Source of the DNA: Betaproteobacteria bacterium
GTDB taxonomy: Bacteria; Pseudomonadota; Gammaproteobacteria; Burkholderiales; SG8-39
DNA length: 64,000 nucleotides
Assembly: GCA_947478805.1 (NCBI GenBank)
Contig: CANJXQ010000008.1
Coordinates: 538 to 64,537 of the forward strand
Reading direction: 5' to 3'
Below the pieces are notes generated by a model. The model made no database searches. It was given only the letters and a program-made list of their open reading frames with translations, and had not been told where the DNA came from. The translations under genes and the position numbers were made by a program. Below, one piece after another: positions 51,855 to 63,840 of this stretch (its first letter is position 1; the number at the start of each line of letters is the position of its first letter).

Positions 51855-54587
51855 ATGGCTGCCGTGCCGGACTTTTCCGCCGCCAACGATCCGGATTCGC
51901 AGGAAACGCAGGAGTGGCTCGACGCACTGGATGCGGTCCTCGAGCGTGAAGGTGGCGTGCGCGCGCACTACCTGCTCGAGAAGCTCATCGAGAAGGCGCG
52001 CCGTTCGGGCGCCTATCTGCCCTACAAGGCGCAGACCGCCTACATCAACACCATTCCTCCCCACATGGAGGACCGCTCGCCGGGCGATCATGCGTTGGAG
52101 GAACGCATCCGCTCCTATGCGCGCTGGAACGCCATGGTCATGGTGGCGAAGGCGAACAAGGGCGAGGGGGACTTGGGCGGGCACATTGCCAGCTTCGCGT
52201 CCGTCGGTACGTTGTTCGGAATCGGCTTCAATCATTTCTGGCACGCGCCGCACGAAGGCCATGGCGGTGACCTGATCTACTTCCAGGGACACTCGGCACC
52301 AGGCATCTACGCCAGGGCCTACATGGAGGGGCGCTTGAGCGAGGCGCAATTGCTGGCGTTTCGCCGCGAGGTGGATGGCAAGGGCGTCTCGTCCTACCCG
52401 CACCCGTGGTTGATGCCGGATTTCTGGCAGTTCCCCACGGTGTCGATGGGCCTGGGGCCGATTCAGGCCATCTATCAGGCGCGATTCCTCAAATACCTGC
52501 ATGCCCGCGGTCTTGCCGATACGTCCAACCGAAAGGTCTGGGCTTTTTGCGGGGACGGGGAAATGGACGAGCCCGAGTCCATGGGGGCCATCGGCATGGC
52601 GGCCAGGGAGCATCTGGATAACCTGATTTTCGTCGTCAACTGCAATCTGCAGCGCCTCGACGGGCCGGTGCGGGGAAACGGCAAGATCATCCAGGAACTC
52701 GAAGGCGATTTCCGCGGCGCCGGATGGAACGTGATCAAGCTGATCTGGGGCTCGTATTGGGACCCGCTGCTGGCACGCGACAAGGACGGCATCCTGCAGA
52801 AAGTCATGGAGGACACCGTCGATGGCGAATACCAGAATTTCAAGGCCAACGATGGCGCATTCGTTCGAAAGCACTTCTTCGGCAAGCATCCCAAGCTGCT
52901 GGAGATGGTTTCGCGAATGAGCGATGACGATATCTGGCGGCTGAATCGCGGCGGCCATGACCCGCACAAGATCTATGCTGCCTATTCGCAGGCCTTGAAA
53001 CACAAGGGCCAACCGACGGTGATTCTCGCCAAGACCATCAAGGGATACGGCCTTGGCAAGCAGGGCCAGGCGCAGAACCCGAGCCATCAGTTGAAAAAGC
53101 TCGACATCGAAACCATCCGCGATTTCCGCGATCGCTTCAAGATTCCGGTGCCAGACGATCAACTGGAGAAACTTCCGTTCTACAAGCCCAAGGATGACGA
53201 TCCTGTGATGGTCTACCTCCAGGAGCGCAGAAAGGCCCTGGGAGGATATCTGCCGCAACGCCGGCGCCGTGCCGACAGCACGCCGAGGGTGCCGCCATTG
53301 ACGGCATTTGAGCAGGTCCTGAAAGCGACGCCGGCGGGGCGCGAGATATCCACGACCATGGCATTCGTGAGGATACTGACAGCACTGTTGCGGGACGAAT
53401 CCATCGGCAAGCATGTCGTGCCCATTGTTCCCGACGAGGCGCGCACCTTTGGCATGGAGGGGATGTTCCGGCAACTGGGCATCTACTCTTCCGAAGGCCA
53501 GAAATACGAGCCCGTCGACAAGAGCCAGGTCATGTATTACCGGGAAGACAAGTCAGGCCAGATCCTCGAGGAGGGCATCAACGAGGCTGGCGCGTTCTCG
53601 TCCTGGATGGCGGCGGCGACGTCCTACAGCAACAGCAACACCGTGATGGTCCCCTTCTACATCTTCTATTCGATGTTCGGGTTGCAGCGGATCGGCGATC
53701 TCGCCTGGGCGGCGGGGGATCTGCGGGCGCGAGGCTTCCTGCTGGGAGGGACATCCGGTCGCACGACGCTCAATGGTGAGGGCCTGCAGCATGAAGACGG
53801 GCATAGCCATGTCCTGGCATCCGTCATTCCCAACTGCATATCCTACGACCCGACCTTCGGCTATGAGCTGGCAGTGATCATCCACGATGGGCTGCGCCGC
53901 ATGGTGGGCGAACAGGAGGACGTGTACTACTACATTACGGTGATGAACGAGAATTACGCGCATCCCGGGCTGGAGGAGATCGAGGCCGCAAATCCGGGGG
54001 CTCGCGAGGGGATTCTGAAAGGCATGTACCTCCTCAGGAAATCCCCAGTCGCCGATGCCGGAAAAAAGAAGTCCGCTGTGGACCGCGCCAAAGTCCAGTT
54101 GCTGGGGTCGGGGACCATTCTGCGGGAAGTCATCGCCGCTGCTGACCTTCTCGCCTCGGATTGGTCGGTTGATGCTGCGGTGTGGAGTTGTCCGAGCTTC
54201 ACCGAATTGCGCCGCGAGGGTATGGATGCCGAGCGATGGAACCTGCTTCACCCGAGCGCGCCGGCACGCAGGAGTTATGTTGAGCGAACGCTTGAGGGGC
54301 ATGCGGGCCCAGTGGTGGCTTCGACCGACTACATCAAGGCTTTCGCCGACCAGATCCGGCCGTTCCTGCCTGCGGGGAGGCGTTACGTCGTGCTCGGCAC
54401 GGATGGATTCGGACGTTCGGATACCCGTGAGCGGCTGAGGTACCATTTCGAAGTCAATCGCCACTGGATCGTGGTTGCCGCGCTGAAGGCATTGGCCGAC
54501 GATGGGGTCATCCAGGCGGCGGTGGTTGCCGAGGCGATTTCCAAATATGGCATCGACCCGGAGAAACCCAATCCGGTCACTGTATGA
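51855..54587 (+). CDS. aceE: Pyruvate dehydrogenase E1 (homodimeric)
   Basis: DPD.QETQEW, GGHIASFAS, SSYPHP, GDGEMDEPES, GEGLQH, DGFGRSD. Confidence 0.97.
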   Translation: MAAVPDFSAANDPDSQETQEWLDALDAVLEREGGVRAHYLLEKLIEKARRSGAYLPYKAQTAYINTIPPHMEDRSPGDHALEERIRSYARWNAMVMVAKANKGEGDLGGHIASFASVGTLFGIGFNHFWHAPHEGHGGDLIYFQGHSAPGIYARAYMEGRLSEAQLLAFRREVDGKGVSSYPHPWLMPDFWQFPTVSMGLGPIQAIYQARFLKYLHARGLADTSNRKVWAFCGDGEMDEPESMGAIGMAAREHLDNLIFVVNCNLQRLDGPVRGNGKIIQELEGDFRGAGWNVIKLIWGSYWDPLLARDKDGILQKVMEDTVDGEYQNFKANDGAFVRKHFFGKHPKLLEMVSRMSDDDIWRLNRGGHDPHKIYAAYSQALKHKGQPTVILAKTIKGYGLGKQGQAQNPSHQLKKLDIETIRDFRDRFKIPVPDDQLEKLPFYKPKDDDPVMVYLQERRKALGGYLPQRRRRADSTPRVPPLTAFEQVLKATPAGREISTTMAFVRILTALLRDESIGKHVVPIVPDEARTFGMEGMFRQLGIYSSEGQKYEPVDKSQVMYYREDKSGQILEEGINEAGAFSSWMAAATSYSNSNTVMVPFYIFYSMFGLQRIGDLAWAAGDLRARGFLLGGTSGRTTLNGEGLQHEDGHSHVLASVIPNCISYDPTFGYELAVIIHDGLRRMVGEQEDVYYYITVMNENYAHPGLEEIEAANPGAREGILKGMYLLRKSPVADAGKKKSAVDRAKVQLLGSGTILREVIAAADLLASDWSVDAAVWSCPSFTELRREGMDAERWNLLHPSAPARRSYVERTLEGHAGPVVASTDYIKAFADQIRPFLPAGRRYVVLGTDGFGRSDTRERLRYHFEVNRHWIVVAALKALADDGVIQAAVVAEAISKYGIDPEKPNPVTV

Positions 54588-54621
54588 ATCATTGCACCGA
54601 CAATTACCTGCGAATGAGCGC

Positions 54622-55983
54622 ATGAACGCCGTGACCGAAGTACTGATCCCCGACATCGGGGATTTCAAGGACATCGACGTGACCGAGGTTCTGGTCAAGC
54701 CGGGTGACAGTGTTCGCGCCGAACAGTCGCTGATCACCGTGGAGTCCGAAAAGGCGAGCATGGAAATTCCATCGCCATCGGCGGGCGTTGTCCGTGAAGT
54801 CAAGGTCAAGATCGGGGACAAGGTGTCGCAAGGCGCCCTGGTGTTGCTCCTGGAGGCGGCGGAAGCTCCCGCGGCAATTGCAGACCCGGTACCTGTTGCC
54901 ACGCAGGTCGCAGCGTTGCCAAGTGAAGAAAAGACCGGGGGAAAGTCCGGGGCGGCGGCACCTGCAGCACCTGCTGTGTCCGCAGCACCGACCGTGCCGC
55001 TCGTTCCCGCGGCTGTGCCCGTGCCGTACGAGGTGCCGCCGGTCGATCCCTTGTTCAAGCCGCACGCCAGCCCGTCTGTCCGCCTTTTTGCGCGGGAGCT
55101 CGGGGTCGATCTGGCCCGGCTCAAGGGCACCGGTCCGAAGGGTCGCATCCTGCACGATGACGTGCGCCTGTTCGTCAAGACCGCGTTGCAAGCCGGTGCG
55201 GCGCCAGTGGCGAAGACTGCGGGCATGCCCTTTGAGTTGCCGGCATGGCCGAGTGTCGATTTCGCCAAGTTTGGACCGGTGGAAACGAAGCCCTTGTCGC
55301 GACTGCGCAGGCTGGCGGGCGCCAATCTTCATCGCAACTGGGTTTCGATTCCTCATGTGACTCAGTTCGACGAGGCGGACATTACGGAACTCGAATCGTT
55401 CCGCAAGGCCAGCGCGGGCGATTCGGAGCGGCAAGGATTCAAGTTGACGCTGCTTGCGTTCCTGATCAAGGCCAGCGTCACGACCTTGCGCCAATTTCCG
55501 CACTTCAACGCCTCGCTGGATGCAAGCGGCGAGAGCCTCGTGATCAAGAAGTACTTTCACGTCGGCGTGGCCGTCGACACGCCGGACGGCCTCGTTGTCC
55601 CTGTGATCCGTGACGCCGACCGAAAGGGCATCTTCGACCTCGCGCGAGAGCTGGGCGAAGTGTCCAAGGCGGCCCGTGAAAAAAAGCTCAAGCCCGGGGA
55701 TATGCAGGGCGGCACTTTTTCGATTTCCAGCCTAGGGGGCATCGGCGGGTCGGCATTTACGCCCATCATCAACGCACCGGAGGTCGCGATTCTGGGTGTC
55801 TCGAAATCCGTGACCCGTCCGGTTTGGATCGACGCCAAAAGCGGGGAGGGCCAGTTCCAGCCGCGACTGATGTTGCCGCTGTCATTGTCCTATGACCACC
55901 GCGTAATCGACGGCGCGGATGCGGCGCGATTTACGAGCTATCTTGTCAACGTGCTCGGCGATATTCGCCGTTCGCTCCTCTGA
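54622..55983 (+). CDS. aceF: Dihydrolipoamide acetyltransferase E2
   Basis: One lipoyl domain ([10 protein letters not shown]), [31 protein letters not shown]. Confidence 0.96.
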   Translation: MNAVTEVLIPDIGDFKDIDVTEVLVKPGDSVRAEQSLITVESEKASMEIPSPSAGVVREVKVKIGDKVSQGALVLLLEAAEAPAAIADPVPVATQVAALPSEEKTGGKSGAAAPAAPAVSAAPTVPLVPAAVPVPYEVPPVDPLFKPHASPSVRLFARELGVDLARLKGTGPKGRILHDDVRLFVKTALQAGAAPVAKTAGMPFELPAWPSVDFAKFGPVETKPLSRLRRLAGANLHRNWVSIPHVTQFDEADITELESFRKASAGDSERQGFKLTLLAFLIKASVTTLRQFPHFNASLDASGESLVIKKYFHVGVAVDTPDGLVVPVIRDADRKGIFDLARELGEVSKAAREKKLKPGDMQGGTFSISSLGGIGGSAFTPIINAPEVAILGVSKSVTRPVWIDAKSGEGQFQPRLMLPLSLSYDHRVIDGADAARFTSYLVNVLGDIRRSLL

Positions 55984-55984
55984 T

Positions 55985-57742
55985 ATGGCGACCTTTCAAA
56001 TCAAAGTACCCGATATCGGCGACTTCAAGGACGTCGAGGTTACCGAGGTACTGGTCAAGCCGGGTGCCAAGGTACGCGCCGAGCAGTCGCTGATCACGGT
56101 TGAGTCGGACAAGGCAAGCATGGAGATCCCGTCGCCCCGCGAAGGCGTCGTGGAAGCGATCAGTGTCAAGGTCGGCGACAAGGTGTCGATGAATTCACTG
56201 ATCCTCTCCATGAAGGGAGACGACACACCCGCGGCCTTGGCACCAGTGCAAGCAACGTCCGCACAGGCCCCGGCATTGAAATCCGATAGTTCCGGGCCGG
56301 AGCCGAGCGCGATGGCGGTCGGCAAGGCGGACATGCTCGCGGAAGTCCTCGTGCTCGGGTCCGGCCCGGGCGGCTATACCGCAGCATTCCGGGCCGCGGA
56401 CCTCGGCAAGCAGGTGGTGCTGGTCGAGCGCTATCCCGACCTTGGCGGCGTGTGCACGAACGTCGGTTGCATCCCGTCCAAGACGCTGCTGCACATTGCG
56501 CGGGTCATCACCGAAACGCAGGAGTTGGCCTCAAGCGGCGTGCAGTTCGGCAGTCCTGCGGTCGACTTGGACAAGGTCCGGGCCTGGAAGTCCGATGTGG
56601 CTGGAAAAGGCGCCAAGGGCATCGCCGGGTTGGCAAAGCAACGCAAGGTAACTGTCGTGCAAGGGACCGGGAAGTTCGATTCGCCTCACGGCATGTTGGT
56701 GTCGCAGGCAGACGGCAAATCCATTCGCATTGCGTTCGATGCCTGCATCGTTGCGGCCGGCTCGTCAGTCGCCCGCATTCCAGGGCTTCCCTACGATGAT
56801 CCGCGCTTGATGGACTCAACAGGCGCATTGGCGATGGCCGATGTGCCGCGGCGATTGCTGGTCATCGGCGGCGGGATCATCGGTCTCGAGATGGCGTGTG
56901 TCTATGACGCGCTGGGCTCCAGGGTGTCCGTGGTCGAAATGCAGGATGGGTTGATGCCGGGAGCCGATCGGGACCTGCTCAGGCCGCTTGAGCGACGCCT
57001 GCAAAAGCGCTACGAAGCGATTCTGCTGAAAACGCGGGTGGCCAAGCTGGAGGCAACGGCTGAGGGCTTGCTTGCCAGCTTCGATGGCGAAGGTGCCCCG
57101 GCGCCGCAACGCTATGATCGGGTGCTGGTGGCCACGGGGCGCCGCCCCAACGGCCGCGAAATCGGTGCCGAGGCCGCGGGCATCGTGGTCGACGAGCGGG
57201 GATATATTCCGGTCGATCGACAGCAACGCACCAATGTGCCCCACATATTTGCCGTCGGCGATATCGTCGGCGAGCCGATGCTGGCCCACAAGGCAAGCCA
57301 TGAGGCGAAAGTGGCGGCAGAAGCGCTGGCTGGGCACAAGGCCTTCTTCGATCCGTTGACGATACCCTCGGTGGCCTATACCGATCCGGAACTCGCATGG
57401 ATGGGCCTCACGGAAACGGCTGCAAAGGCGGCAGGCATCGCTTACGAGAAAGCGGTGTTTCCATGGGCCGCGTCGGGGCGCGCGCGCGCGGTCGATCGCA
57501 CCGAGGGGAGTACCAAACTGCTGTTCGACCCCGAGTCAAAACGCCTCCTGGGTGCCGGGATCGTTGGTTCGAATGCCGGCGAGCTGATCGCGGAGCTGGT
57601 GCTGGCCCTGGAAATGGGGGCGGACTTGAACGACGTTGCGCTGACCATTCATCCGCACCCGACGCTGTCCGAGACCGCCGGATTGGCGGCTGAAGCGGGG
57701 CTTGGGACGATCACCGATCTTTTGGTCACGCGAAAGAAATAG
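55985..57742 (+). CDS. lpdA: Dihydrolipoamide dehydrogenase E3 with an N-terminal lipoyl domain
   Basis: [44 protein letters not shown]. Confidence 0.96.
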   Translation: MATFQIKVPDIGDFKDVEVTEVLVKPGAKVRAEQSLITVESDKASMEIPSPREGVVEAISVKVGDKVSMNSLILSMKGDDTPAALAPVQATSAQAPALKSDSSGPEPSAMAVGKADMLAEVLVLGSGPGGYTAAFRAADLGKQVVLVERYPDLGGVCTNVGCIPSKTLLHIARVITETQELASSGVQFGSPAVDLDKVRAWKSDVAGKGAKGIAGLAKQRKVTVVQGTGKFDSPHGMLVSQADGKSIRIAFDACIVAAGSSVARIPGLPYDDPRLMDSTGALAMADVPRRLLVIGGGIIGLEMACVYDALGSRVSVVEMQDGLMPGADRDLLRPLERRLQKRYEAILLKTRVAKLEATAEGLLASFDGEGAPAPQRYDRVLVATGRRPNGREIGAEAAGIVVDERGYIPVDRQQRTNVPHIFAVGDIVGEPMLAHKASHEAKVAAEALAGHKAFFDPLTIPSVAYTDPELAWMGLTETAAKAAGIAYEKAVFPWAASGRARAVDRTEGSTKLLFDPESKRLLGAGIVGSNAGELIAELVLALEMGADLNDVALTIHPHPTLSETAGLAAEAGLGTITDLLVTRKK

Positions 57743-57866
57743 CGTTCGGTGCCGATATGCCGCGCAGTGATGCGCATCGTAACCATGTGCGCTGCGAATT
57801 GTTTGCCCATGACGGGTGCATTTCAGCGCATTCTGCCATCCATCCCCAAACTTACATTGAGTTGCC

Positions 57867-58538
57867 ATGAACCAGAATGAACTGAAACAGGCGGTAGCGC
57901 GGGCTGCAATCAAGTATGTGGTCGAGGATGCGCTCGTCGGCGTGGGCACCGGGTCGACTGCGGATTTCTTCATCGATGAACTGGCCAAGATGAAGAACCG
58001 CATCGATGGCGCGGTGGCCAGTTCGGAGAAGACGGCGACACGCCTGAAGTCTCACGGGATTCGCGTCGTCGATCTGAACAGCGTGGACGAATTGCCGGTG
58101 TACGTCGACGGTGCAGACGAGATCACCGAGCACCTGGCCATGATCAAAGGCGGCGGCGGGGCGTTGACGCGCGAGAAAATCGTCGCTGCCGTGGCGCGCA
58201 AATTCATCTGCATTGCGGACGAATCGAAGCTGGTGCCGGTGCTGGGCAACTTTCCGCTGCCGGTGGAGGTGATCCCGATGGCACGCTCCCACGTTGGCAG
58301 GCAGATGGTCCGGCTTGGCGGAACCCCGATCCTTCGCGATGGTTTCACCACAGACAACGGCAATCTGATCATCGATGTGGCCGGCCTCACCATCCTCGAT
58401 CCGGTGGAACTGGAGGAAGCCATCAACAATATTACCGGCGTGGTATCGGTCGGGCTTTTTGCCAAACGCGGCGCCGACGTGCTGCTGTTGGGCACCGCCG
58501 GCGGTGTGCGGACGCTGACGCGAACGTCGCGAGGCTGA
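57867..58538 (+). CDS. rpiA: Ribose-5-phosphate isomerase A
   Basis: [36 protein letters not shown]. Confidence 0.96.
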   Translation: MNQNELKQAVARAAIKYVVEDALVGVGTGSTADFFIDELAKMKNRIDGAVASSEKTATRLKSHGIRVVDLNSVDELPVYVDGADEITEHLAMIKGGGGALTREKIVAAVARKFICIADESKLVPVLGNFPLPVEVIPMARSHVGRQMVRLGGTPILRDGFTTDNGNLIIDVAGLTILDPVELEEAINNITGVVSVGLFAKRGADVLLLGTAGGVRTLTRTSRG

Positions 58539-58616
58539 CGTTGGGGCGCGATCGCGCCGTCAATTCCAGGGTCGCAGTGCTATCCTAGGGCCTCGTTCTT
58601 AACGAGGTGCGCCCCG

Positions 58617-59321
58617 ATGGCCGTTCACATCTCCAAGCAATTCGATGCCGATCTCGAGGACGTGCGAACGCGCGTGCTGCAGATGGGCGGGCTGGTGGAG
58701 GACCAGATCGTCAAGGCGATCGAGGGACTGGCGACCGGCGATCTGGCGCTCATCGAGCAGGTGATCGCCAACGATCATCGGGTCAATGCGCTGGAAGTGG
58801 AACTCGACGAGACTTGCAGCAGCGTGATCGCCAAGCGACAGCCGGCCGCGAGCGATCTGCGTTTGCTTATCGCGGTAATCAAGACCATCACGGACCTGGA
58901 GCGCATCGGTGATGAGGCGGAGAAAATCGCGCGCATGGCCAAGCTTGTTCACACTGCGGGCACGGTCAACATGCCTCGCCTGGAATTGAAGCACGTCTCC
59001 GAACTGGCCTTGGGGATGTTGCGAAGGGCGCTCGACACGTTCGCCAGGCTCGATTCCAAGGCCGCAGCACAGGTCGTGCAGCAGGACCGGCTTGTCGACG
59101 ACGAATTCCGGTCCATCCTGCGTCAGCTCATCACGTTCATGATGGAAGATCCGCGTACCATCACGCGCAGCCTCGAGATCCTGTTCGTTGCCAAGGCGCT
59201 CGAGCGCATCGGCGACCACTCGAAGAACATGGCCGAATACGTCGTCTACATGGTCGAGGGGCGCGATGTCCGCCATATCCGGGCCGATGCGCCGCCCGCC
59301 AAGGACCCGCTGGCCGGCTAG
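58617..59321 (+). CDS. phoU: Phosphate signalling protein PhoU
   Basis: HISKQFD, QPAASDLR, DLERIGD, LERIGDHSKN. Confidence 0.95.
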   Translation: MAVHISKQFDADLEDVRTRVLQMGGLVEDQIVKAIEGLATGDLALIEQVIANDHRVNALEVELDETCSSVIAKRQPAASDLRLLIAVIKTITDLERIGDEAEKIARMAKLVHTAGTVNMPRLELKHVSELALGMLRRALDTFARLDSKAAAQVVQQDRLVDDEFRSILRQLITFMMEDPRTITRSLEILFVAKALERIGDHSKNMAEYVVYMVEGRDVRHIRADAPPAKDPLAG

Positions 59322-59339
59322 CGCTTCGTCTGCCGTCGG

Positions 59340-59612
59340 CTATTTGGTCGGGGGCACGTAACCGGCAGCGGTGTCTGCGCCGCCCTCGAAGAAATACTTG
59401 TCCATTTGTTCTGCCAGGTATTTCCTTGCGCGAGCGTCGGCCAGGCTGAGGCGATTTTCGTTGATCAGCATGGTCTGGTGCTTGATCCATTGCTGCCAGG
59501 CTTCCTTGGAAACATTCTCGAAGATGCGCTTCCCGAGGTCGCCGGGATAGGGGGGGAAGTCCATGCCTTCGGCTTCGCGACCCAGCTTGATGCATTTGAC
59601 CATTCGTGCCAT
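59340..59612 (-). CDS. yggX: Fe(II)-trafficking/oxidative damage protection protein
   Basis: [31 protein letters not shown]. Confidence 0.93.
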   Translation of the reverse strand: MARMVKCIKLGREAEGMDFPPYPGDLGKRIFENVSKEAWQQWIKHQTMLINENRLSLADARARKYLAEQMDKYFFEGGADTAAGYVPPTK

Positions 59613-59697
59613 GTGCTGCTCCTTGCGAATCTCGTTATGACTGAAAATTGGTAGACCGAGGGGCCGTCATGCAGCGGAACCCGGATTCCTGCCTCGG

Positions 59698-61020
59698 CTA
59701 GAGCGACTTCACCAGTACCTTGGACCGCCGTTGCCAGTTGTACAGCGAGCGTTTGGGTTCCGGCAGCGATGACACGTTCCCAAGGGCGAAGCCGCGTTCG
59801 ATGAACCAGTGTGCGGCCAGCGTCGTGAGGACGATCAGCTTGCGAAGCCCTTGTTGTTTTGCCTGGGCCGTGATGGCGTCCAGCAGCTTTTCCCCGTAGC
59901 CCATGCGGCGGTATTCGGGCCGAATGGCGACTGCCGCCAGTTCGGCGGTGCGTCCCTTGGGAAACGGGTAGAGCGCCGCGCACCCCACGATCATCCTGTC
60001 GTGTTCGACCACGAAGAAGCGCGATACTTCGCGCTCCAGTATCTCGCGACCCCGATAGACCAGCGTGCCGTCTGCCTCGAGCGGTTCGATCAGTTGCAGG
60101 ATTCCCCCGACATCGTCGATGGTCGCGGGTCGGAGACGTTCGAGCCCCTTCGCCGTCACCATGCTGCCCGAACCGTCATGGGTGAACAGCTCGATCAGGA
60201 TCGCGCCGTCGACATGGTGGGACACCAGATGCGCGCGCGGAACTCCGCCCCGCACGGCTTCGATGGCATGTGCAAGGTACAGGCGAGTGTCGTCGGTCAA
60301 TGCGTTGTCGCCCGCCGACAGGGCTTCAGCCTCGTCGGCCGATAGCTCCGTGATCAAACGCCCCTTGGCATCGCATACGGGTTCATCGGTCAGGAAGATG
60401 AGCTTGGCCGCTCCCATGGCTTTGGCCGTGGCAACCGCCACGTCCTCCATGGACAGATTGAAAACTTCCCCCGTGGGCGAGTAGCCGACATTGGAGATGA
60501 TGACGATATTGTTCGCATCCAGGCAGCCGTTGATCGCGGCGACATCCACCTTGCGAACGAGGCCGGTGTACTGGAAATCCACGCCGTCGCGGATGCCATG
60601 GGGCTGCGCGGTGATGAAATTTCCGGATACGGTATTGATGGCCGCCCCGGCCATCGGGGAGTTGGGCAGCCCCTGCGAGAGCAGCGCATCGATCTCGACG
60701 CGGAGCAACCCGACCGCTTCCTTCACGCATTCAAGGGCCACGGCATTGGTGATGCGCAGCCCGTCCTTGTAACGGGCTTTCGCGCGCCGCTGGCGCAACT
60801 GCGCCTCGATCTGGGGGCGGGAGCCATGCACGATGACAATGCGCATGCCCGCAGCCTGGAGCAGGTTGATGTCATGGGCGAGCAACGCGAACTTGCCGTC
60901 CGCAACCACCTCGCCGCCAAATGCAATGACGAAGGTCTTGCCCCGAAACGCGTGGAAATACGGCGCGACGGAACGAAACCAACTGACGAAATTCGAATCG
61001 TTGTCTGGACTGGTGGTCAT
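59698..61020 (-). CDS. argA: Amino-acid N-acetyltransferase (N-acetylglutamate synthase)
   Basis: FVSWFRSVAPY, RGKTFVI, VHGSRPQI, ELFTHDG.G, GNAT domain, YNWQRRSKV. Confidence 0.95.
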   Translation of the reverse strand: MTTSPDNDSNFVSWFRSVAPYFHAFRGKTFVIAFGGEVVADGKFALLAHDINLLQAAGMRIVIVHGSRPQIEAQLRQRRAKARYKDGLRITNAVALECVKEAVGLLRVEIDALLSQGLPNSPMAGAAINTVSGNFITAQPHGIRDGVDFQYTGLVRKVDVAAINGCLDANNIVIISNVGYSPTGEVFNLSMEDVAVATAKAMGAAKLIFLTDEPVCDAKGRLITELSADEAEALSAGDNALTDDTRLYLAHAIEAVRGGVPRAHLVSHHVDGAILIELFTHDGSGSMVTAKGLERLRPATIDDVGGILQLIEPLEADGTLVYRGREILEREVSRFFVVEHDRMIVGCAALYPFPKGRTAELAAVAIRPEYRRMGYGEKLLDAITAQAKQQGLRKLIVLTTLAAHWFIERGFALGNVSSLPEPKRSLYNWQRRSKVLVKSL

Positions 61021-61099
61021 GTGTCGAGGGATGAAGGGCGCGGCCCCGATTCTATAGACTCGGACGGTGGAATTACAGCAAGCCGTTGCGGATTGCGCT

Positions 61100-61855
61100 T
61101 CATCCCAAGTCTCCCCAGAGCGTCTGCAAGGCAGCGATTGCGGCGAGCGGTGCCGTTTCGGTTCGCAGCGTGCGCGGACCCAGTCGGACCGGCGTGAATC
61201 CGGCTTTGAGGGCTGCGGCCTGCTCGTGCGGGGCAAGGCCGCCTTCGGGCCCGATGAGGAGGGTGACGTGGGCAGACCTCGACAAGCCGACGAGGCCGGA
61301 GGGGGCGTCCGGCGCCAGTAGCAGCCTCAGTTCGGATTCCAGCTTCGGCGGGCGCGTCATGAGCCAGGATTGGAGTGGCTCGAGTGCTCCGATTTCAGGC
61401 ACAACGTTGCGACCGCACTGTTCGCAGGCCGCAATCACGATGTTCTGCCAATGCGCCATTCGCCGTTCAGCGCGCTCGCCCGACAGGCGAACCACGGAAC
61501 GTTCGCTCTCAAGTGGCTGGATGGCGCGCGCGCCCAGTTCGGTGGCCTTCTGGATCGCAAAATCCATCCTGTCGCTGCCAGACAGGCACTGCGCCAGCGT
61601 CAGTTCCAAAGCCGACTCACGGTCCGCCTCAATCGTGCCCGTAATCCTGGCTGCACATTGACCCCGGGTAAGGCGGGTGAGTTCAGCGAGGTGTTCACTG
61701 CCTTCCCCGTTAAAGAGCGTGATGGCGTCTCCTTCGCGAAGGCGAAGCACGGCGATGTGCTTGCTTGGGCGCTCGGGGAGGTCAATCAGCGCCCCGGGAG
61801 ACAATCGTTCGGGAACGTAGAATCGCGGCGCGGATCGACGACTGGGCTTGTCCAT
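61100..61855 (-). CDS. rsmE: 16S rRNA m3U1498 methyltransferase
   Basis: HIAVLRL, QKATELG, ACEQCGR, IGPEGGL, LGPRTLRTETA. Confidence 0.95.
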   Translation of the reverse strand: MDKPSRRSAPRFYVPERLSPGALIDLPERPSKHIAVLRLREGDAITLFNGEGSEHLAELTRLTRGQCAARITGTIEADRESALELTLAQCLSGSDRMDFAIQKATELGARAIQPLESERSVVRLSGERAERRMAHWQNIVIAACEQCGRNVVPEIGALEPLQSWLMTRPPKLESELRLLLAPDAPSGLVGLSRSAHVTLLIGPEGGLAPHEQAAALKAGFTPVRLGPRTLRTETAPLAAIAALQTLWGDLG

Positions 61856-61962
61856 GCATTGAATTTTAAGTGTTTTTCGTCATAAAGATGGGGGATTGCC
61901 GTCTTAATCCTGTTAAAATAGCCGGCTATTCTTCAAGCTCTCAACGAGCTGCTAGGGACCCT

Positions 61963-63840
61963 GTGACCCGCTCAGAACGCCGTATCCGCAATATCGCCAT
62001 CATCGCTCACGTTGACCATGGCAAGACGACCCTGGTGGACAAGTTGCTCCAGCAGTCCGGTACCTTTGCCGCTCACCAGGCGATCAGCGAACGGGTGATG
62101 GACTCCAATGATCTTGAGCGCGAGCGTGGCATCACCATCCTGGCGAAGAACTGTGCCGTCAATTACGAAGGCACGCATATCAATATCGTCGACACACCGG
62201 GCCACGCCGATTTCGGCGGTGAAGTCGAGCGCGTTCTGTCCATGGTCGACAGCGTCCTGTTGCTGGTGGATGCGGTCGAAGGCCCGATGCCGCAGACCCG
62301 GTTCGTCACACGCAAGGCACTGGCCCTGGGGCTCAAGCCCATTGTCATCGTCAACAAGGTGGACCGGCCGAGCGCCAGGCCCGATTGGGTGGTGAACCAT
62401 ACCTTCGACCTGTTCGACAAGCTGGGCGCCACTGAAGCGCAACTGGATTTTCCTGTCATTTACGCCTCTGCCCTCAACGGTTGGGCGGTGGCGGACTTGA
62501 AGGACGTGCCGGCGGACGCCGAGGCGGTCAAGCAGGGCGGGCACAGCATGCGCCCCCTATTCGAGGCGATTCTCAAGCACGTGCCGGTGCGCGAAGATGA
62601 CGTTTCAGGGCCGCTGCAGTTGCAGATCTGCTCCCTCGATTACTCGAGTTACGTGGGAAAGATCGGCATCGGACGCATCACCCGGGGCACCATTCGACCG
62701 CTGCAGGATGTCGTGTTCCTGAACGGGCCGGAATCACAGCCGGTCAAGGGTCGTATCAACCAGGTGCTCACGTTCGAGGGCCTTGAGCGCGTGGTTTCGG
62801 AAGAAGCCTGCGCTGGCGACATTGTGCTGATCAACGGGATCGAGGACATCAGCATCGGCACCACGGTCTGCGATCCCGAACATCCGGATGCGCTGCCCTT
62901 GCTCAAGGTGGATGAACCCACCCTGACCATGAACTTCATGGTGAACAGCTCCCCGCTGGCCGGGCGCGAAGGAAAATTCGTCACCAGCCGCCAGTTGCGA
63001 GAACGCCTGGAGCGGGAGCTGAAAAGCAATGTGGCCCTGCGCGTCGAGTTCACCGCCGATTCGGACACGTTCATCGTGTCGGGGCGTGGTGAACTGCACC
63101 TGACTATCCTGCTTGAGAACATGCGCCGCGAAGGGTATGAACTTGCCGTTGGGCGGCCGCGCGTCGTGATGAAGGAAGTCAACGGGGAGAAGCTTGAGCC
63201 CTATGAGTTGCTCACCGTCGATGTGGAAGACACGCATCAGGGCGGCGTGATGGAAGAACTGGGCCGCCGCAAGGGCGACCTGAAGGACATGCAGTCCGAT
63301 GCCAAGGGTCGAGTGCGCCTCGAGTACCGGATCCCGGCCAGGGGCTTGATCGGATTCCAGGCCGAGTTTCTGACCCTGACCCGTGGGACTGGTCTCGCGA
63401 GCCACATCTTCGACGACTATGGCCCGGTCAAGGGCGACATGGATGAGCGGCGCAACGGCGTGCTCATCAGCCAGGACAATGGGCCCGCGGTTGCCTATGC
63501 ACTCTGGAAATTGCAGGACCGGGGCCGGATGTTCGTGTCCCCCGGTGAAGTTCTCTACGAAGGCATGGTGATCGGCATCCACGCCAGGGACAACGATCTG
63601 GTGGTCAATCCCATCAAGGGAAAGCAGCTGACCAACGTCCGGTCGTCAGGCACTGACGAGGCAGTCAGGCTGGTTCCGCCAATCGAGCTGACGCTCGAGA
63701 AGGCGGTGGAATTCATCGCCGATGACGAACTTGTCGAGATCACGCCCAAGAATATCCGGATTCGCAAGCGCCACCTCCTGGAACACGAGCGCAAGCGCGC
63801 CTCGCGCGGAGCAACGGTGGGTGCAGTCGCCGCTGGCTGA
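61963..63840 (+). CDS. typA: Translational GTPase TypA/BipA
   Basis: [55 protein letters not shown]. Confidence 0.97.
   Translation: MTRSERRIRNIAIIAHVDHGKTTLVDKLLQQSGTFAAHQAISERVMDSNDLERERGITILAKNCAVNYEGTHINIVDTPGHADFGGEVERVLSMVDSVLLLVDAVEGPMPQTRFVTRKALALGLKPIVIVNKVDRPSARPDWVVNHTFDLFDKLGATEAQLDFPVIYASALNGWAVADLKDVPADAEAVKQGGHSMRPLFEAILKHVPVREDDVSGPLQLQICSLDYSSYVGKIGIGRITRGTIRPLQDVVFLNGPESQPVKGRINQVLTFEGLERVVSEEACAGDIVLINGIEDISIGTTVCDPEHPDALPLLKVDEPTLTMNFMVNSSPLAGREGKFVTSRQLRERLERELKSNVALRVEFTADSDTFIVSGRGELHLTILLENMRREGYELAVGRPRVVMKEVNGEKLEPYELLTVDVEDTHQGGVMEELGRRKGDLKDMQSDAKGRVRLEYRIPARGLIGFQAEFLTLTRGTGLASHIFDDYGPVKGDMDERRNGVLISQDNGPAVAYALWKLQDRGRMFVSPGEVLYEGMVIGIHARDNDLVVNPIKGKQLTNVRSSGTDEAVRLVPPIELTLEKAVEFIADDELVEITPKNIRIRKRHLLEHERKRASRGATVGAVAAG

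Noticed and set aside
58617-59321. phoU without pstSCAB as an unusual system
   Set aside because: Stand-alone phoU genes are common, and nothing else here suggests a new function.
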